The position numbers and the translations under genes were made by a program. DNA of 64,000 bases from Piromyces finnis finn (taxonomy: Eukaryota; Fungi; Neocallimastigomycota): assembly GCA_002104945.1 (NCBI GenBank), contig MCFH01000055.1:311654-375653 (forward strand), written 5' to 3'. Below, one piece after another: positions 1 to 17,610 of this stretch. How positions within the stretch are numbered: the first letter of the stretch is position 1; the number at the start of each line of letters is the position of its first letter. The notes under the pieces are model-generated. The model ran no database searches and was not told where the DNA came from. It saw only the letters and a program-made list of their open reading frames with translations.

Positions 1-1934
1 TTATCGCTTCTAAGATATTTTACTTTGGATGATAATTCATTAGTAGTTTTATTCAGCCAATTTCCAAATTCTTTGAAAACATCACTTTTATTCTTGACAA
101 ATATTACCCATCCATATCGACTGTAATCATCTAAGATACTTAAAAAGTATACGTTGTCATGAATTGATGGTGTGATTGGACCTACCAAATCGATGTGTAC
201 TAGTTCCAAAACACTTGATGCTCTACTATCTGACCTTTTATGAGGGATTTCTTTCATTTTGCTTCTCATGCATATTGTACAATTGTGAATATTGTTCTTT
301 TCATCATTATTGTTGAAATTCAGATGCCCTATTCTTCTATGCCAGTATTCACCATTGTTTCGTACATTATCGCACATTGAGTAATTATTAACTACATTAC
401 CTTCTTTGATGTACAAATTGAATACATCATATTCATTTGCTTTAACTTCGTATACATTATCTGTTTTCTTATCTTTTATATATGCAAATACATTATTGTT
501 CTTCTCATCAAAGATTATTTGGTAGCCACTTTTAACTAACTTGGCAACAGAAATTAAATTTCGTTTTACATCTGGGATGTACATTACATCTTCTAATTTT
601 ATTGGTTCTTCATTAATAGATCCATTTACTTCACCCATATGTGTTGACTTTGTAGTCGCTCCATTTGCATAATTGATTGGTTCTACATGTTCAAAAACAT
701 TTTTGAGAATTCCTATATCTTTGGTAATATGATTAGAAGCACCAGAATCTAAAGTCCATGTAGTAAAACTTGTAGGTACATTTTCACAAGATACGTAATT
801 GCATGATTTATTATTACATTCATCATTGTTATTGTCAAATAATGCATTGTAATCAACTGTAAACAAATCTTGATATCCAACTTCTGGTTCAAAGTCTTCA
901 GTGGTTTGTTTATTTACTATTTCACCTGTTGCTAAAAATGCTTCCTTGCCTTTATTTTTCTCTTTTCTTAGCCTTCTTGTAACTTCTTCTGAAAGTTCTT
1001 TTTGAATACGACATTGTTTTACAGTATGTCCTTTTTGATGACAAAAATAACATGTAATGTTTTGTTTATTTTTGTTATTCCAATTTCTTTCTTCATTGGA
1101 CTTTTCTTTTCCTTTATTTGTATTTTTATTATGATTATTACTTTGTTTGTTGCGGTAGTATTTAGTACTTTCCTTTCTTTTATCACCTTTGTAACTACCT
1201 TCAACACTAAAGATATGTCTAATTCCGAAGGTTTCAGATTTCTCTTTCGGATCAAATTTGTTCATCTTATCTATCATTCTTGCTGTGTCCTTTTTGCATT
1301 CTTCCCAGTCTTCATGCTTAAGGACTGTGACTTTCCTATATTTTTCTGGTAAGGCTTGATACAGTAAACCAATTTTTTCTTCATCATCTATTTTCACATT
1401 TAGTTGTTCTAACTTATTAAAGTTGGAATTTAACTTATTTACAAATCTTGAGAAACTTTCTTTCGGGTCGTATTTTAAGGAGTTTGTTTCCTTAATAAGC
1501 CTATTCTTTCTTTCTATTTTATCCCCTAAATAAATGTCTTCTAATAGTTTCCACATTTCGTAGCTTGTTAAAGACCTATCTTGGATATCTTGTTGGCAGT
1601 TTGGGCCTAAAGTATACCTAATTAAAAATTGGATATTCCTATCTGTTTTTAAGTCATCTTCGGTTACGTTCTTATCATAGTAGGTATTGATTTCAAAAGG
1701 TGCCTTTAGATATTCTTCTCCGTCGATATCCATTCCTTCGTCACTTTTGATCTTTGGGGTTTTGTTTTCATCAACCCAATCTTCAAGACCATAATAATTT
1801 AAAATATTCCTCATAAACATTTGCCACGTTATGAAATTTTTATTGTTCAATTCATAAGTGACCTTTCCTAGCATAACGGTAGGATCGAATATAGGAATTG
1901 ATCCAGTATCTCCGTTAGATTTTCTTTTTGACAT
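1..1934 (-). mobile_element. Ty1/copia LTR retrotransposon gag-pol ORF (gag, Zn knuckle, protease, integrase N-terminal part); continues off the left edge
   Basis: Uninterrupted minus-strand frame from ATG at 1934 (MSKEKSNGDTGSIP...) to the edge. It contains the CCHC knuckle CYFCHQKGHTVKQC, the protease motif WTLDSGASNHIT, WHRRIGH...CTIC, and the integrase core ELVHIDLVGP...LDDYSRY...KYLRSD. The order protease then integrase is copia-type. No LTR or PBS was recognised. Confidence 0.93.
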
Positions 1935-2259
1935 ATTAAAAAAAAACTTACTTAAATATAAGAGCAATTGAGACTCTTAATCTGTCAGATAAATTTAGTT
2001 TACACTTAAATTTATTTATAAAACTATTTGGGTTTTTATAATCTTTTATTTATTTATATTTATTTTATAATATAAATATTGTAACTTTCTTAAAATCTTT
2101 TTATTAAAAAATAACCAAAGAATAAAAATGTAGTACAATATTAATTTATAATTTTATAAAATACAAATACATAAAAAATACATAAAATATTATTTTGGAA
2201 TGTATTTTATTTTCACAATTTTTGAATAATATGTATTATTATTTAATGTATATTATTAT

Positions 2260-2266
2260 CCAATCA
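2260..2266. promoter_or_regulatory. CCAAT box (CCAATCA) upstream of ADE2
   Basis: Exact NF-Y/HAP-type heptamer about 185 bp before the ATG. The same heptamer recurs at other promoters in the window. Confidence 0.45.
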
Positions 2267-2449
2267 ATAATCAAATCAAGATACATTTTGTTTAAAAATT
2301 ATAATTAAATTAAATACAAAAAAAAAATATCATTATTCTTTACTTTAAAAAAAAAAAAAGAGTATCATTACTAAATTATTATTTTAAAAATAAATTGATA
2401 AATTTATATTTTTTCTTTTTTTCAATTTTTTAAATAATAATAAATAAAC

Positions 2450-4585
2450 ATGGATAAGAAGGTTATTGGTATGAATAATTTATTTTATATTTTTATTTAA
2501 TTTTCTAAAAAAGAATAAAATAAATGAAAATTAAATATCAACATATCAATATGAATACTTAATCAAGGAATAAAAAAAAATATGAACTTATATATTAATT
2601 ATTTTAAATATAAATAGGAGTTCTTGGTGGCGGTCAATTAGGTCGTATGATGATGGAACCAGCCAACAATTTAAATTTAAAGGTTTGCATTCTTGATGCT
2701 AATGATGCCCCAGCTACTCAAGTTCAAGTTTCCGACCACGTTGATGGTGATTTCAAAGATGAAGCTAAGATTCAAGAATTAGCCAAGAAATGTGATGTTT
2801 TAACTATGGAAATCGAACATGTTAACTGTGATGCTCTTGAACGTATTGCTAAGGAAAATCCAAATATCGATATTCAACCAACTCCACAAACCGTTAGAAT
2901 CATTCAAGATAAATTCCTTCAAAAGGAACACCTTAAACAATTCAATATTCCACTTCCAGAATATGCTAGTGTTACTGATAAGCAATCAATTTTAGATATT
3001 GCCAACAATCAAGGCTTTGGTTTCCCAATTATGTTAAAATCCAGAAAGTTAGCTTATGATGGTAGAGGTAATGCTGTTATTAATAACGAAAATGAAATTG
3101 ATGATGCTATTAAGGCCTTAAACCCATCAGGTGCAAATGATGCTTTATATGTTGAAAAGTGGGTTCCATATGCTAAGGAATTAGCTGTTATGGTTGCTCG
3201 TAGTAAATCTGGTAACACTGTTTCTTACGAAGCTGTTGAAACTATTCAAAAAGACAATATTTGTCATATCGTATTCGCTCCAGCCCAAATTGATGGTTTA
3301 ATTCAAAAGAATGCAAAGGCTATTGCTGAAAAGGCTATTGCTTGCTTATATGGCGCTGGTATTTTTGGTGTTGAAATGTTCTATCTTGAAAATGGTAATA
3401 TAAATTATATATATATATATAACTTATTATTTAAATATTTATATTATAAAAACTAAAATAAAATAAAACATCTGTTTATTAGAAATTATGAATTAATTTT
3501 TTTTTTATATATTATTATATATTAATAATTATTTTAAAATAAAAAAAGGTGAAATTCTCGTTAACGAAATTGCTCCACGTCCACATAATTCTGGTCATTA
3601 CACTATTGAATCTTGTGAAACTTCACAATTTGAACAACATATTCGTGCTATTTTAGATATGCCATTAGGTTCTACTAAGATGAGAGTCGGTGCCGCTGCT
3701 ATGGTTAACATTCTCGGTACTGGAAATGGTGAAGAAGGTTTAGCTGATACTCTTCGTCCTTGCCAAGCTTCTATGACTATTCCTGGTGCTACTGTTCATT
3801 TATACGGTAAACGTGAATGCCGTAAAGGTAGAAAGATGGGTCACATCACTGTAACCGCCGATACCATGCCAGAAGTTGTTGAAAAGGTTGAAAAACTTTT
3901 AGAACATATGCCAAATGGTAAGAAATATAACTTCAGCATTTCACCAATGGTTGCTATTATTATGGGTAGTGATTCCGATTTACCAACTATGAAGCCATGT
4001 GCTCAAATCTTAAAGGACTTTGATGTTCCATTTGAACTTTCTATTGTTTCTGCTCACCGTACCCCAGAAAGAATGGTTGAATATGCAAAGAATGCTCATA
4101 AGAGAGGTATTAAGTTAATTATTGCTGCCGCTGGTGGTGCTGCTCACCTTCCAGGTATGGTTGCTGCTATTACTCCACTTCCAGTTATTGGTTGTCCAGT
4201 TGCCTTAAGAGTTCTTGATGGTGTTGATTCTTTATACTCTATTGTTCAAATGCCAGTAAGTATAATAACATTTATTTTTAATAGTTTTATGATTAGAAAG
4301 CTATTTTTTTTTTTATTAATAAAAATAAAATTTAACTAATGATGATAACTTCTTAAAAAATTATTTTATTTATACTCTATATAAATTATATAGCGTGGTG
4401 TCCCAGTTGCTACTGTTGCTATCAATAACTCCACCAATGCTGCTTTATTAGCTGTTCGTATTCTTGGTTCTTCTATTCCAAAATACTTAGATAAAATGGT
4501 TAAATACCAAACTAATATGAATGAAGAAGTTTTAGTTAAAGTTGATAAATTAGAAAAGGTCGGATGGGAAAACTACCAAAAGTAA
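2450..4585 (+). CDS. ADE2: Phosphoribosylaminoimidazole carboxylase (fused PurK-PurE)
   Basis: Exons 2450-2468, 2618-3394, 3549-4255 and 4394-4585, all GT-AG. Motifs: [69 protein letters not shown]. Confidence 0.97.
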
Positions 4586-5089
4586 ATTGAGTAATTTCTT
4601 ATTTCTTTTCAATAGCATTAAACTAATAACAATAAATAAAGCAGTTGATTAAAAATAATAATGAACTTCAACTTCCCAAAAAAAAAAAAAAAAAAAAAAA
4701 CAATACTTATATTGTTGCATAAAAAATCTATTATTAAAATGAAATAAATCGCTAATAAGTATTTATAAAAAAAAATAATAACAATAATACTAATTTAAAT
4801 TATAGATAACTGTATTCATTATATTTTTAAAAATAAAAAATAATAAAAAAAATATTAATAATAAAATATATATATATACATTTAAATATATGTAAATATA
4901 AGTATTTTATAATAAATAGTTTAATTATAATAAAAATGACCTTTTATTTATTCTATTATATTTATAAGTATTTGAATTTATTTAATTTGTAAAAATGGTT
5001 TTTAATTTCTATTTTTAAGCATTTATTTACATTCAAATGTCATTACAAAAATTATTTAGCAAATTATATTTAAATCAAAATTTATTCAT

Positions 5090-8744
<3,655 letters not shown>

Positions 8745-9018
8745 ATTAGTTTAATATTGATCTGAATATAATGTATTATCTATAATAAATTCTCTATTCT
8801 TTTATCATATTTATATATTAAATTTTATATTATTAAAAATTGATATTATAACAAATAATTCTATTATTTAATTAATAATAATTAAAATTTTGTATTTAAT
8901 TTTTATTCTTAATATTAATTTATGATTTATATACATATTTAGTTATTCAAAATGTATTTTTTTTTTTATAATTATATATTATATAATATAATATAATATA
9001 TTTAAATATAAATTACAT

Positions 9019-9025
9019 CCAATCA
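9019..9025. promoter_or_regulatory. CCAAT box in the DHX35/LeuRS divergent promoter
   Basis: CCAATCA within the 420-bp head-to-head gap. Confidence 0.45.
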
Positions 9026-9164
9026 TTTATGTCTATTATTGAAGATTTAAATTTAATAAAATGTTTTTTTTTTTTTTTGATACTACACTACAATACTGTT
9101 ATTATTAAATCAACACATAATCTTTTTTTTTCTACTTTATTAATAATAAAAGTATAAAAAAAAA

Positions 9165-12100
9165 ATGGCAACTGAAAAAAGAGAACCAAAAGGAGTAAGA
9201 GAAAAATAAAAAATAATAATAAAAGGCTTTTATAAAAAAAATAATAATGAATTTAATTTTTAAAAATGAATTTATATTTTATTTTATTTTATTTTATTTT
9301 ACTGTTATGCAATGATTCAATAATAATAAGATAAATTTGGATTTATTTTTATTTACTAAAAATAAAAATAAAAATATAATTAGTTGAATATAAATATATT
9401 AATAGTAAATGTTTATATAAATTAAATGAAATTTAGACAGCTAAAAGAGATACACTTCGTGATATCGAAGTTGAAATGCAAAAATATTGGTATGAAAACA
9501 AGATTTTCGAAGCCAATGCTCCAAAAGAAGGTGAAGAAAAGCAACCAAAGTTTATGGCAACTTTCCCATTCCCATATATGAATGGTCGTCTTCACTTAGG
9601 TCATTCTTTCTCTTTATCTAAGGTTGAATTTGCCATTGGTTATGAAAGATTAAAGGGTAAACGTACTCTTTTCCCATTTGGTTTCCACTGTACTGGTATG
9701 CCAATTAAGGTAATAATATTTATTAAACATTTTCTATTTAATATTTAATATTTATTTTTAAGAAAATCAAAATTTGAAAATTTTGAAAGATATAATTATT
9801 ACAAATAATTAATATAATATAAAATTTTATTAATAAAGGCTTGTGCTGATAAACTTAAAAATGAAATCGAATTATTCGGTCAAAACTTCGAAAAGTTCTA
9901 CGGTAAATGTTACATAATTATTTAATATGTTTTTATATTTTTATATTTTACATTTAAATGTTAATCAAAAAATATATTATAAATAATGATAAAAAAAATA
10001 ATAAAAAGAACAACAAAAAGAAGAAGCTGAAGAACAAGCTAAAGAAGAATCTGGTAACAAGCCAAAGGTATGAAATTAAAATAGTAAAAATTTAAATCCA
10101 TGGAATTTACATTAAAGTTTGTGTATTACATCTATTTTATATATATATATATGTATTAATAGCATAGTAAAGTTGCTGCTAAGTCTGGTAGTTACAAATA
10201 TCAATTCCAAACTATGTTATCCTTAGGTATTCCAATTGAAGAAATTCACAAGTTCGCTGATCCAGTTTATTGGTTATACTACTTCCCACCACGCGCTATT
10301 GTAAGTTTTTAAATAATAAAATTATATTTTCAATAAAAGTAAAATCTTATTGAAGAGAAAATTAAATTATATCCTTAAAAAAAATAGGATGATCTTAAAG
10401 ACTTTGGTGTTAAGGTTGACTGGCGTCGTTCCTTCATCACAACTGATGTTAACCCATACTACGATTCCTTTGTCAGATGGCAATTCAATAGACTTAAGAA
10501 CCACGAAAAGCCAAAGATTAAGTTCGGTGAAAGATACACTATTTACTCTATAAAGGATGGCCAAGCTTGTATGGATCATGATCGTAGTACTGGTGAAGGT
10601 GTTGGTGTTCAAGAATACACTGGTATTAAGCTTGAAATTATTCAAGATGAAATTACAAAGCCAGCTAGTGAAAAGGATACTTATGATGGTGTTCCAGTTG
10701 GTGATCTTCTTTCTAAGAACATTAATAAATTCGGTGGCCGTAAGCTTTATATGGTTGCTGCTACTTTAAGACCAGAAACTATGTATGGTCAAACTAACTG
10801 TTTCGTTGGTGTTGATATTGAATACGGTGTTTACCAAGTTAACGATAAGGAATGCTGGATTTGTACTGAACGTGCTGCTAAAAACATGGCTTACCAAGGT
10901 TTATTCGAAAAGAGAGGTGAAATTATTAAGTTATTAGACTTAAAGGGTAGTGACTTAGTTGGTATCCCATTAAAGGCTCCATTAACCTCTTATGAAAAAG
11001 TTTACACTTTACCTATGGAAGGTGTCTCTCCAAAGAAGGTAATAAAAATTATTGAATACTATATTAATTTTTTTTTAAGTTTATAAAATAAATTCTAATA
11101 ATATTATAATATTTTAAAAAAAAAATTACTATTATTAAAAATGAAATGATTTATAGGGTACTGGTGTTGTTACTTCTGTTCCATCAGATGCTCCAGCTGA
11201 TTACATTACTTTACAAGACTTAAAGAAAAAGCATGAATACTACAAAATTGATCTTAAGTGGGTTGAAGGTTTTGAACCAATTCCAATTATTAAAACTCCA
11301 AACTTTGGTGATTTAGCCGCTAAAACTGCTTGTGAAAACTTAAAGATTAGAAGTCAAAAAGATAAACAACAATTAGAAACAGCTAAGGAACAAGTTTACA
11401 AAGAAGGTTTCTACTCTGGTTCTTTAATTGTTGGTAAATACGCTGGTAAATCAGTTCAAGAAGCTAAAAATATTATTAAAAAGGAAATGGTTGAAGAAGG
11501 TTTAGCTATTACCTACTGTGAACCAGAAGGTCTCGTCATCAGTCGTAGTGGTGATGAATGTATTGTTAGTTTAATGGACCAATGGTTCTTAGATTATGGA
11601 GAAGCAACCTGGAAGTCTCAAGCTGAAAAGTGTTTAGCTCAAATGAATACTTTCAGTGAAGAAACTAGAAATGCTTTCCAAAAGACTCTTGACTGGCTCA
11701 ACCAATGGGCTTGTTCAAGAAGCTTTGGTTTAGGTTCTCGTTTACCATGGGATCCACAATATTTAATTGAAAGTTTAAGTGATTCTACCATTTACATGGC
11801 TTATTACACTGTTGCTCATATGCTTCAACATGGAGCTCTTGATGGCTCTAAGGTTGGTCTTGCTGGAATTAAGGCTGAAGAACTTACTGAATCAGTTTGG
11901 GATTACATATTTATGGATGATGCTCCATTCCCAGAAACTTCTATCCCAAAGGAAAAATTAGATTCTATTCGTCGTGAATTCCAATACTTCTATCCATTAG
12001 ATTTACGTTGTTCCGGTAAGGATTTGGTTACCAATCACTTAACTTTCTTCATTTACAACCACGTTGCTTTATTCCCAGAAAAATACTGGCCAAAGGGTGT

Positions 12101-13193
12101 CCGTTCTAATGGTCACTTACTTCTTAACTCTGAAAAGATGTCTAAGAGTACTGGTAACTTCATTACTCTTAGTCAAGCTATTCAAAAATTCGGTGCTGAT
12201 GCTACTCGTATTGCCCTTGCTGATGCTGGTGACACTATGGATGATGCTAACTTCGTTGAAGATAATGCCAATGCCGCCATTCTTCGTCTTTACACTCAAA
12301 AAGAATGGATGGAAGAAGTTATTAAGGGTATTGAAGAAGGTAAATTCCGTGAAGGTGAATACAACTTCAATGATCATGTATTCGAAAACGAAATCAATAA
12401 ATTCATCCTCGCAGCCGATTCAGCTTACTCTAATATGTACTATCGTGATGCCTTAAAGTACAGTTTCTTCGAATTACAAAGTTCTCGTGACCGTTACCGT
12501 GATGCTTGTGCTGATGAAAATATGCACAAGGATCTCCTTATGCGCTTTATTGAAGTTCAAGCTCTTTTATTAGAACCAATTGCTACTCACTTTGCTGAAT
12601 ACATTTGGAGAGTTCTTCTTAAGAAGGAAGGTACTATTACTACCGCTAAATATCCAGAAATTACTAAGCCAGTTGATGAAGGAGTTTTACATGCTTCAGC
12701 TTACATCCGTGATTTAATTCGTGATATTCGTGTTGATGAACAAAATGCTCAAAAGAAAAAGAAGAAGGGACCAGCTGTTAACTTAACTTCTAAGAATGCT
12801 AAATTATTTGTTGCTCTTAAGTACCCAGACTGGCAAGAAGAAAGTGTTGCCATTCTCAAGGAATGTTGGGATGAAGAATCAAAGTCTTTCACTAAGAACG
12901 AAAAGGAAGCTTTAGCTAAAAAGGGATTATTAAAAAACAAAAAGGTTATGCCATTCATTGCTGCTTTAAAGAAAAACGTCATCAACAACGGTTCTCATGC
13001 CTTTGATCGTAGACTTGACTTTGAAGAAATGGAAGTTTTAGAAGAAAATAAAAAGCTTATTCTTCGTTCTCTTAACCTTGAAAATATTACCATTGTTAAT
13101 AATGGTGAAGTTACTGAAGAAAACTCCACTCAAGACGAAGTTAGAAAAGCTTCTATGGCTGTTCCAGGAAAACCAATGTTCATTCGTGTTTAA
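9165..13193 (+). CDS. LARS1: Cytosolic leucyl-tRNA synthetase
   Basis: First exon 9165-9194 ([10 protein letters not shown]), then GT-AG exons. Motifs: HIGH-type [11 protein letters not shown], editing domain [13 protein letters not shown] and [28 protein letters not shown]. Confidence 0.97.
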
Positions 13194-13592
13194 ATTCTAT
13201 AATTAAAAAAAAAAAAAAAAAAGACATAATATTTATAGAAATATAAACAATTTTCATTGAATTTAGTTCAAAAAGAAAGAAGAAGAAAAAAAAAGAAAAG
13301 AAAAATATTGATTTTTTAATTTATAATAAAAATAATATTAATAAAGCAATCATAAAAGCATATATACATATAAAACAACATAATCATTATTGTTGTATTT
13401 ATATATATATATTCAAATTGTATTTTAAAGAAACAACAACAAAAAAAAATAAAAAAAAATAAATAAATAAATATGCAAGTAAATCAATAAAAAATATATA
13501 TAATATAAAATAAGTAATAATTATTAAGAATTGTGTGTTAATTCTAATGTTAAATAATTTGTTTGTGTTGTAATATTATCTGTATTATATAG

Positions 13593-13629
<37 letters not shown>

Positions 13630-14857
13630 TTATTTATTTTATTAAGAAATTATTCTTAAATATAATTTTTAATTATAATAATTGAATTTTTACATATTTA
13701 AATTTTTTGGTTTATTCTAAATAAACAGTAGTCTGTGCAACTAATAGAAATTATATTTTTAACTAATAATTAAATAATTAAATTTAATCTTTGAGACTTA
13801 GTTTCATTGGAAATCATATACAATTATTATACTGAAGTGTGTTATAGTAGCCTTCTTACTTTAATTAAAATTACTAGAATATATTTTACTTTTTTTTTTT
13901 TTTATTCATTTGTGTTTAATTAAATTTACTTTTAAATACATATGTATTATAATTTTAATTAAAATAATAATAATAATAAAGCTTTAAAATGGTTGTAACT
14001 ATTAATTTTTTTTTGTTTTTTTGATTTTATTAATGTTATTTACGAAGTCTTATATTTCATACATAAAGGTTTTTACAGCTTTTTTATAGGTTCAATAAAA
14101 CACTTTACGTACTAAATATATATATTCCATACAAAAAAATCGGATGGTTAAAAATTCAACAAATAATAAAACCGTTAAGGTTTTATTTTATTTATTTTTA
14201 TTTTTATATATTTGTTATTTTTATTTATTAACATTTATTATCTAATGCAATGTAATATTAAAATATAAATCAAATTAATTCAAAAGATATATTTAAACCT
14301 TCCATAAATAAATAATAATAATACTAATCAAGTATTTTATAAATTTATTCAATTATTTGTAATCATTTTTATTATATTACAATAAATATTTTGTAAATTT
14401 TATCATTTATAGAGTTTAAATTGTATTAATTATTATTTAATGTTAATTTCATAATATATTTTAAAATAAACCAAATGAATAATTATTTTATTATAATAAT
14501 TGTAATAATTGAGTAAAAATGAGAAATATGAGAAAAAAAAAAAATTATTAAAATATAATCTAACCATCAAAATATTATTACCTAACCTTTCAAAAATAAA
14601 GTATATAATGTGGAATAAGTTACACAAACTAATGAATGAAATTTTTAACTTAATTTTTAAAAAAAGGATAAATAAATATTTATTAATTATTTTTAAATAT
14701 AATATTAATATATTTTTTAAATATATTAATTATATTGTGTAATAATCTTTAATCTCTTTTTATAAAATATTTAAAATCTTTAATTCAAAATTGAGTATAT
14801 TTATTTATTTTATATTTTTATTTGTAAAATTTTAATAATAAAAATAAAAATTACGAA

Positions 14858-16712
14858 ATGAATAATAAGAGGATTCAAAATTTTTTAAATGAAAATATTC
14901 CTGAATGGTTTGAAGAAGAGCGTATGCAGACTCTATTTACTGCTTTTCGTGAAGTTAAAGATGAAAATTATGATAAATTGTTTATTGATTCTAATAATGA
15001 TAAAGTATTTTTTTGGAAAAATTTAATTTTTTTGCTGCAACAAGAAAAATTATTAAATCAAAATGACAATTTATTAACTTTTCCAGGAAAAAATTTAGAT
15101 CAAATTTTTGTTCGTAATGGTTTAACCCCTTCATGTATTGGTTCTGTTATCGTTAAGTGATATATTATATATTTTTTAATTATATATTTTTAGTGTTATT
15201 ATTTTTATTATATATTTTAATGTTAAATTGTAAATGACTATTTATATTTTTTTTTTATTAGAATGAATTACAAAAAAATGGTGAAATAATGGAATTAAAT
15301 AATTATAATAGTCTTACTGATTGGAAACTTATTAAGTTGATATTTAGTCCGATTACTTGGGGATTTTCAAAAATACTTGGAGTTAATGATAGTAGTAATT
15401 CTGAATTAAAAGATGTTATTTATCTTAACATTACAATTTTAAAGGTATTAGGAAGAATGTTAATTTTAATATCTATTATTAATTTTATATAATATTAATT
15501 ATTTGTTGTTATTATTATTATTAATTTTAATAGCAAATATGTGAAGAAATTTTAAATTCACATTATAATTTAAATTTTTATAAAATTGATAATTTAATAA
15601 CTAAAAATAATTTTATAAATAAATACAAAACAATTAATTTAAATGACAAAATTTTAACATTATCAGAATTTGATATTGAAATAATATTAAATCAATTACA
15701 AAGGGATAATAACATAAGTTTAATGATTCAAGATGATATAACTGTAAGTATGAATATTTTTATTTTTATTATTACTATTTTCTAATATATTTTTCTAATA
15801 TAAATATGTGATTAATTGTTTATTGTTATTGTTAATATATATATTATATAATAAATTCAGATGTTAAAATTTAAAGAAAAGAATTCTAAAAATAAAAATA
15901 TTGAATTCAGTAGTAGTGATATAAATATTTTAAAATTAAAAAATCAAATTGAAATGATTTCAAATCAAGTTAAACAAGATGAAGATAAAAAAGATAGGTA
16001 AATATAAATATACATAAGTTGATAAACATTTATATTATACTTAAATTTATTATATAATTATTCTTTTGAATTAGCATCCAGGCTAGGGTTATGAAATGTA
16101 TTGTAAATAAACAAAAAGTTCAGGCTTTATATTTATTAAAGGAAAAGAAAATAATACAATTATTCATTGAAAAGAAAATGTCTTCTTATAACACCTTACA
16201 AGATATTTTATTAAAGATTCAATCTTGTGAAAGCAATAATGACGTAAGTATTATTAAAATTGACAATATGATAATATATTATATAAAGCCATTAAACTTT
16301 TGTAGCTAAATAATCATATATATTTTTATAAAAGATTTTGAATGCTATGAAACTGGGTTCAGATACATTAAAGCAATTTATTGAAGAGAAGAATTTATCT
16401 GTTGATAGAATTGATGATGTTTTTACTTATATTGAAAATACTTTAATGGACTTTGATGAAATTGAGTCTTCTATTAAACAAAATCAATCAGTAATTAATA
16501 ATAGTGATGAAGAATTTGAAGAAGAACTTGATAAATTACTTAAAGAAGAAATCGCTAAAAAGAATAATACATTGAATATTATAAAATCTCAACATGAAGA
16601 AAATAAAATTGAAAATAAAATTGAATCAACTGATACATCTATTGACTTTATTCAAAATAATAATGAAAGTTTAGAAAAATTAAAAGAAAAAATATCAGCA
16701 ATAGCAATATAA
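14858..16712 (+). CDS. CHMP7: CHMP7/Chm7 ESCRT-II/III hybrid protein
   Basis: Six GT-AG exons that join in frame. The N-terminal RMQTLFTAF...FWKNLI...FVRNGLTPSCIGSV resembles the CHMP7 winged-helix region. The C-terminal Snf7-like part reads ILNAMKLGSDTLK...VDRIDDV...EEELDKL. Confidence 0.8.
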
Positions 16713-17126
16713 TATATAAATCACTACAATATTTAATTTTCATTATATAAAATAGTTTATAATATTTATATATATATATAATTAAGTAAATAAATATTCA
16801 TTTATAGATATATTTCAAATATTTTTTTAATATGTAAATCATAAATATTAATAATTTAATATAACTATTTATTTTTTTTTTCTTCATAATCATTAATAAA
16901 TATTTTTCATAACTATAAATTAAACTAAAAAAAAAAAAAAAGGAAAAAAAAATTACATGAAAAATAAATGTTGAATTTTTGTAAAAAGGAAAATAAGTGT
17001 ATATTTTATATATAATAATAATAATATTATTTTTTTTGATATTTAAATTTAACTGAAAATTAAACATAAATAATAATATAATACGAGAGCATATTTAAAT
17101 ATTTTTGAATACTTAGTTTCTAATGA

Positions 17127-17610
17127 TTATTTATTGTGACAACATTTACCCTTTTTTTTGTATTTTGGTTGTCTTTCATATGCATTTGGTTTATTATCAT
17201 CATCAGAACTCGAACTTGATTCTGAGGAAGAATCATCAAAGTTTCTTGGTTTAAAATAGATACAGCAAACTATATATTATTTTTATCAAATAAGAGGTTA
17301 ATAAATATATATATATTTTATTTTATTTCTTATTTAAAATAGTAATATTATTTTATATTATATGTATATTTTATTTTTAATAAAAAGTTATATTATATAT
17401 ATATAAACTATAAAAATATATACTTTTTGATTTTTTCTTTCCCATATTTTCATTATCTATAGTTTCATTTGTCCAACGAACATGTCTTTCATTTTCATTT
17501 TCTCCATGTAATATTAATGTTCCTGTAATTTGATTATTAGTTGATGTTGATTGCTCAATTATAATAGTTTCTGTTGCTATCTGATTTTGAATATTATTTT
17601 CTTCTTCCAT
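17127..17610 (-). CDS. YPI1: PP1 regulatory inhibitor-3 (Ypi1/PPP1R11)
   Basis: Two exons: GTLIL...RHVRW (RVxF/W motif)...IDNENMGKKKSK|ICCIYFKP followed by a Ser/Asp-rich tail. Stop at 17127-17129. Confidence 0.93.

Noticed and set aside
1002-1352. Hydrophobic 116-aa ORF and the 78-aa ORF at 1019-1255
   Set aside because: Antisense or alternate-frame shadows of the copia gag region.
14433-14742. Short AT-rich ORFs here and at 8084, 16798, 35145, 38284, 46828, 48767, 53580, 58717 and 59339
   Set aside because: They have Ile/Lys/Asn/Phe/Tyr-biased composition typical of random AT-rich frames and overlap introns, UTRs or the tRNA; no motifs were found.
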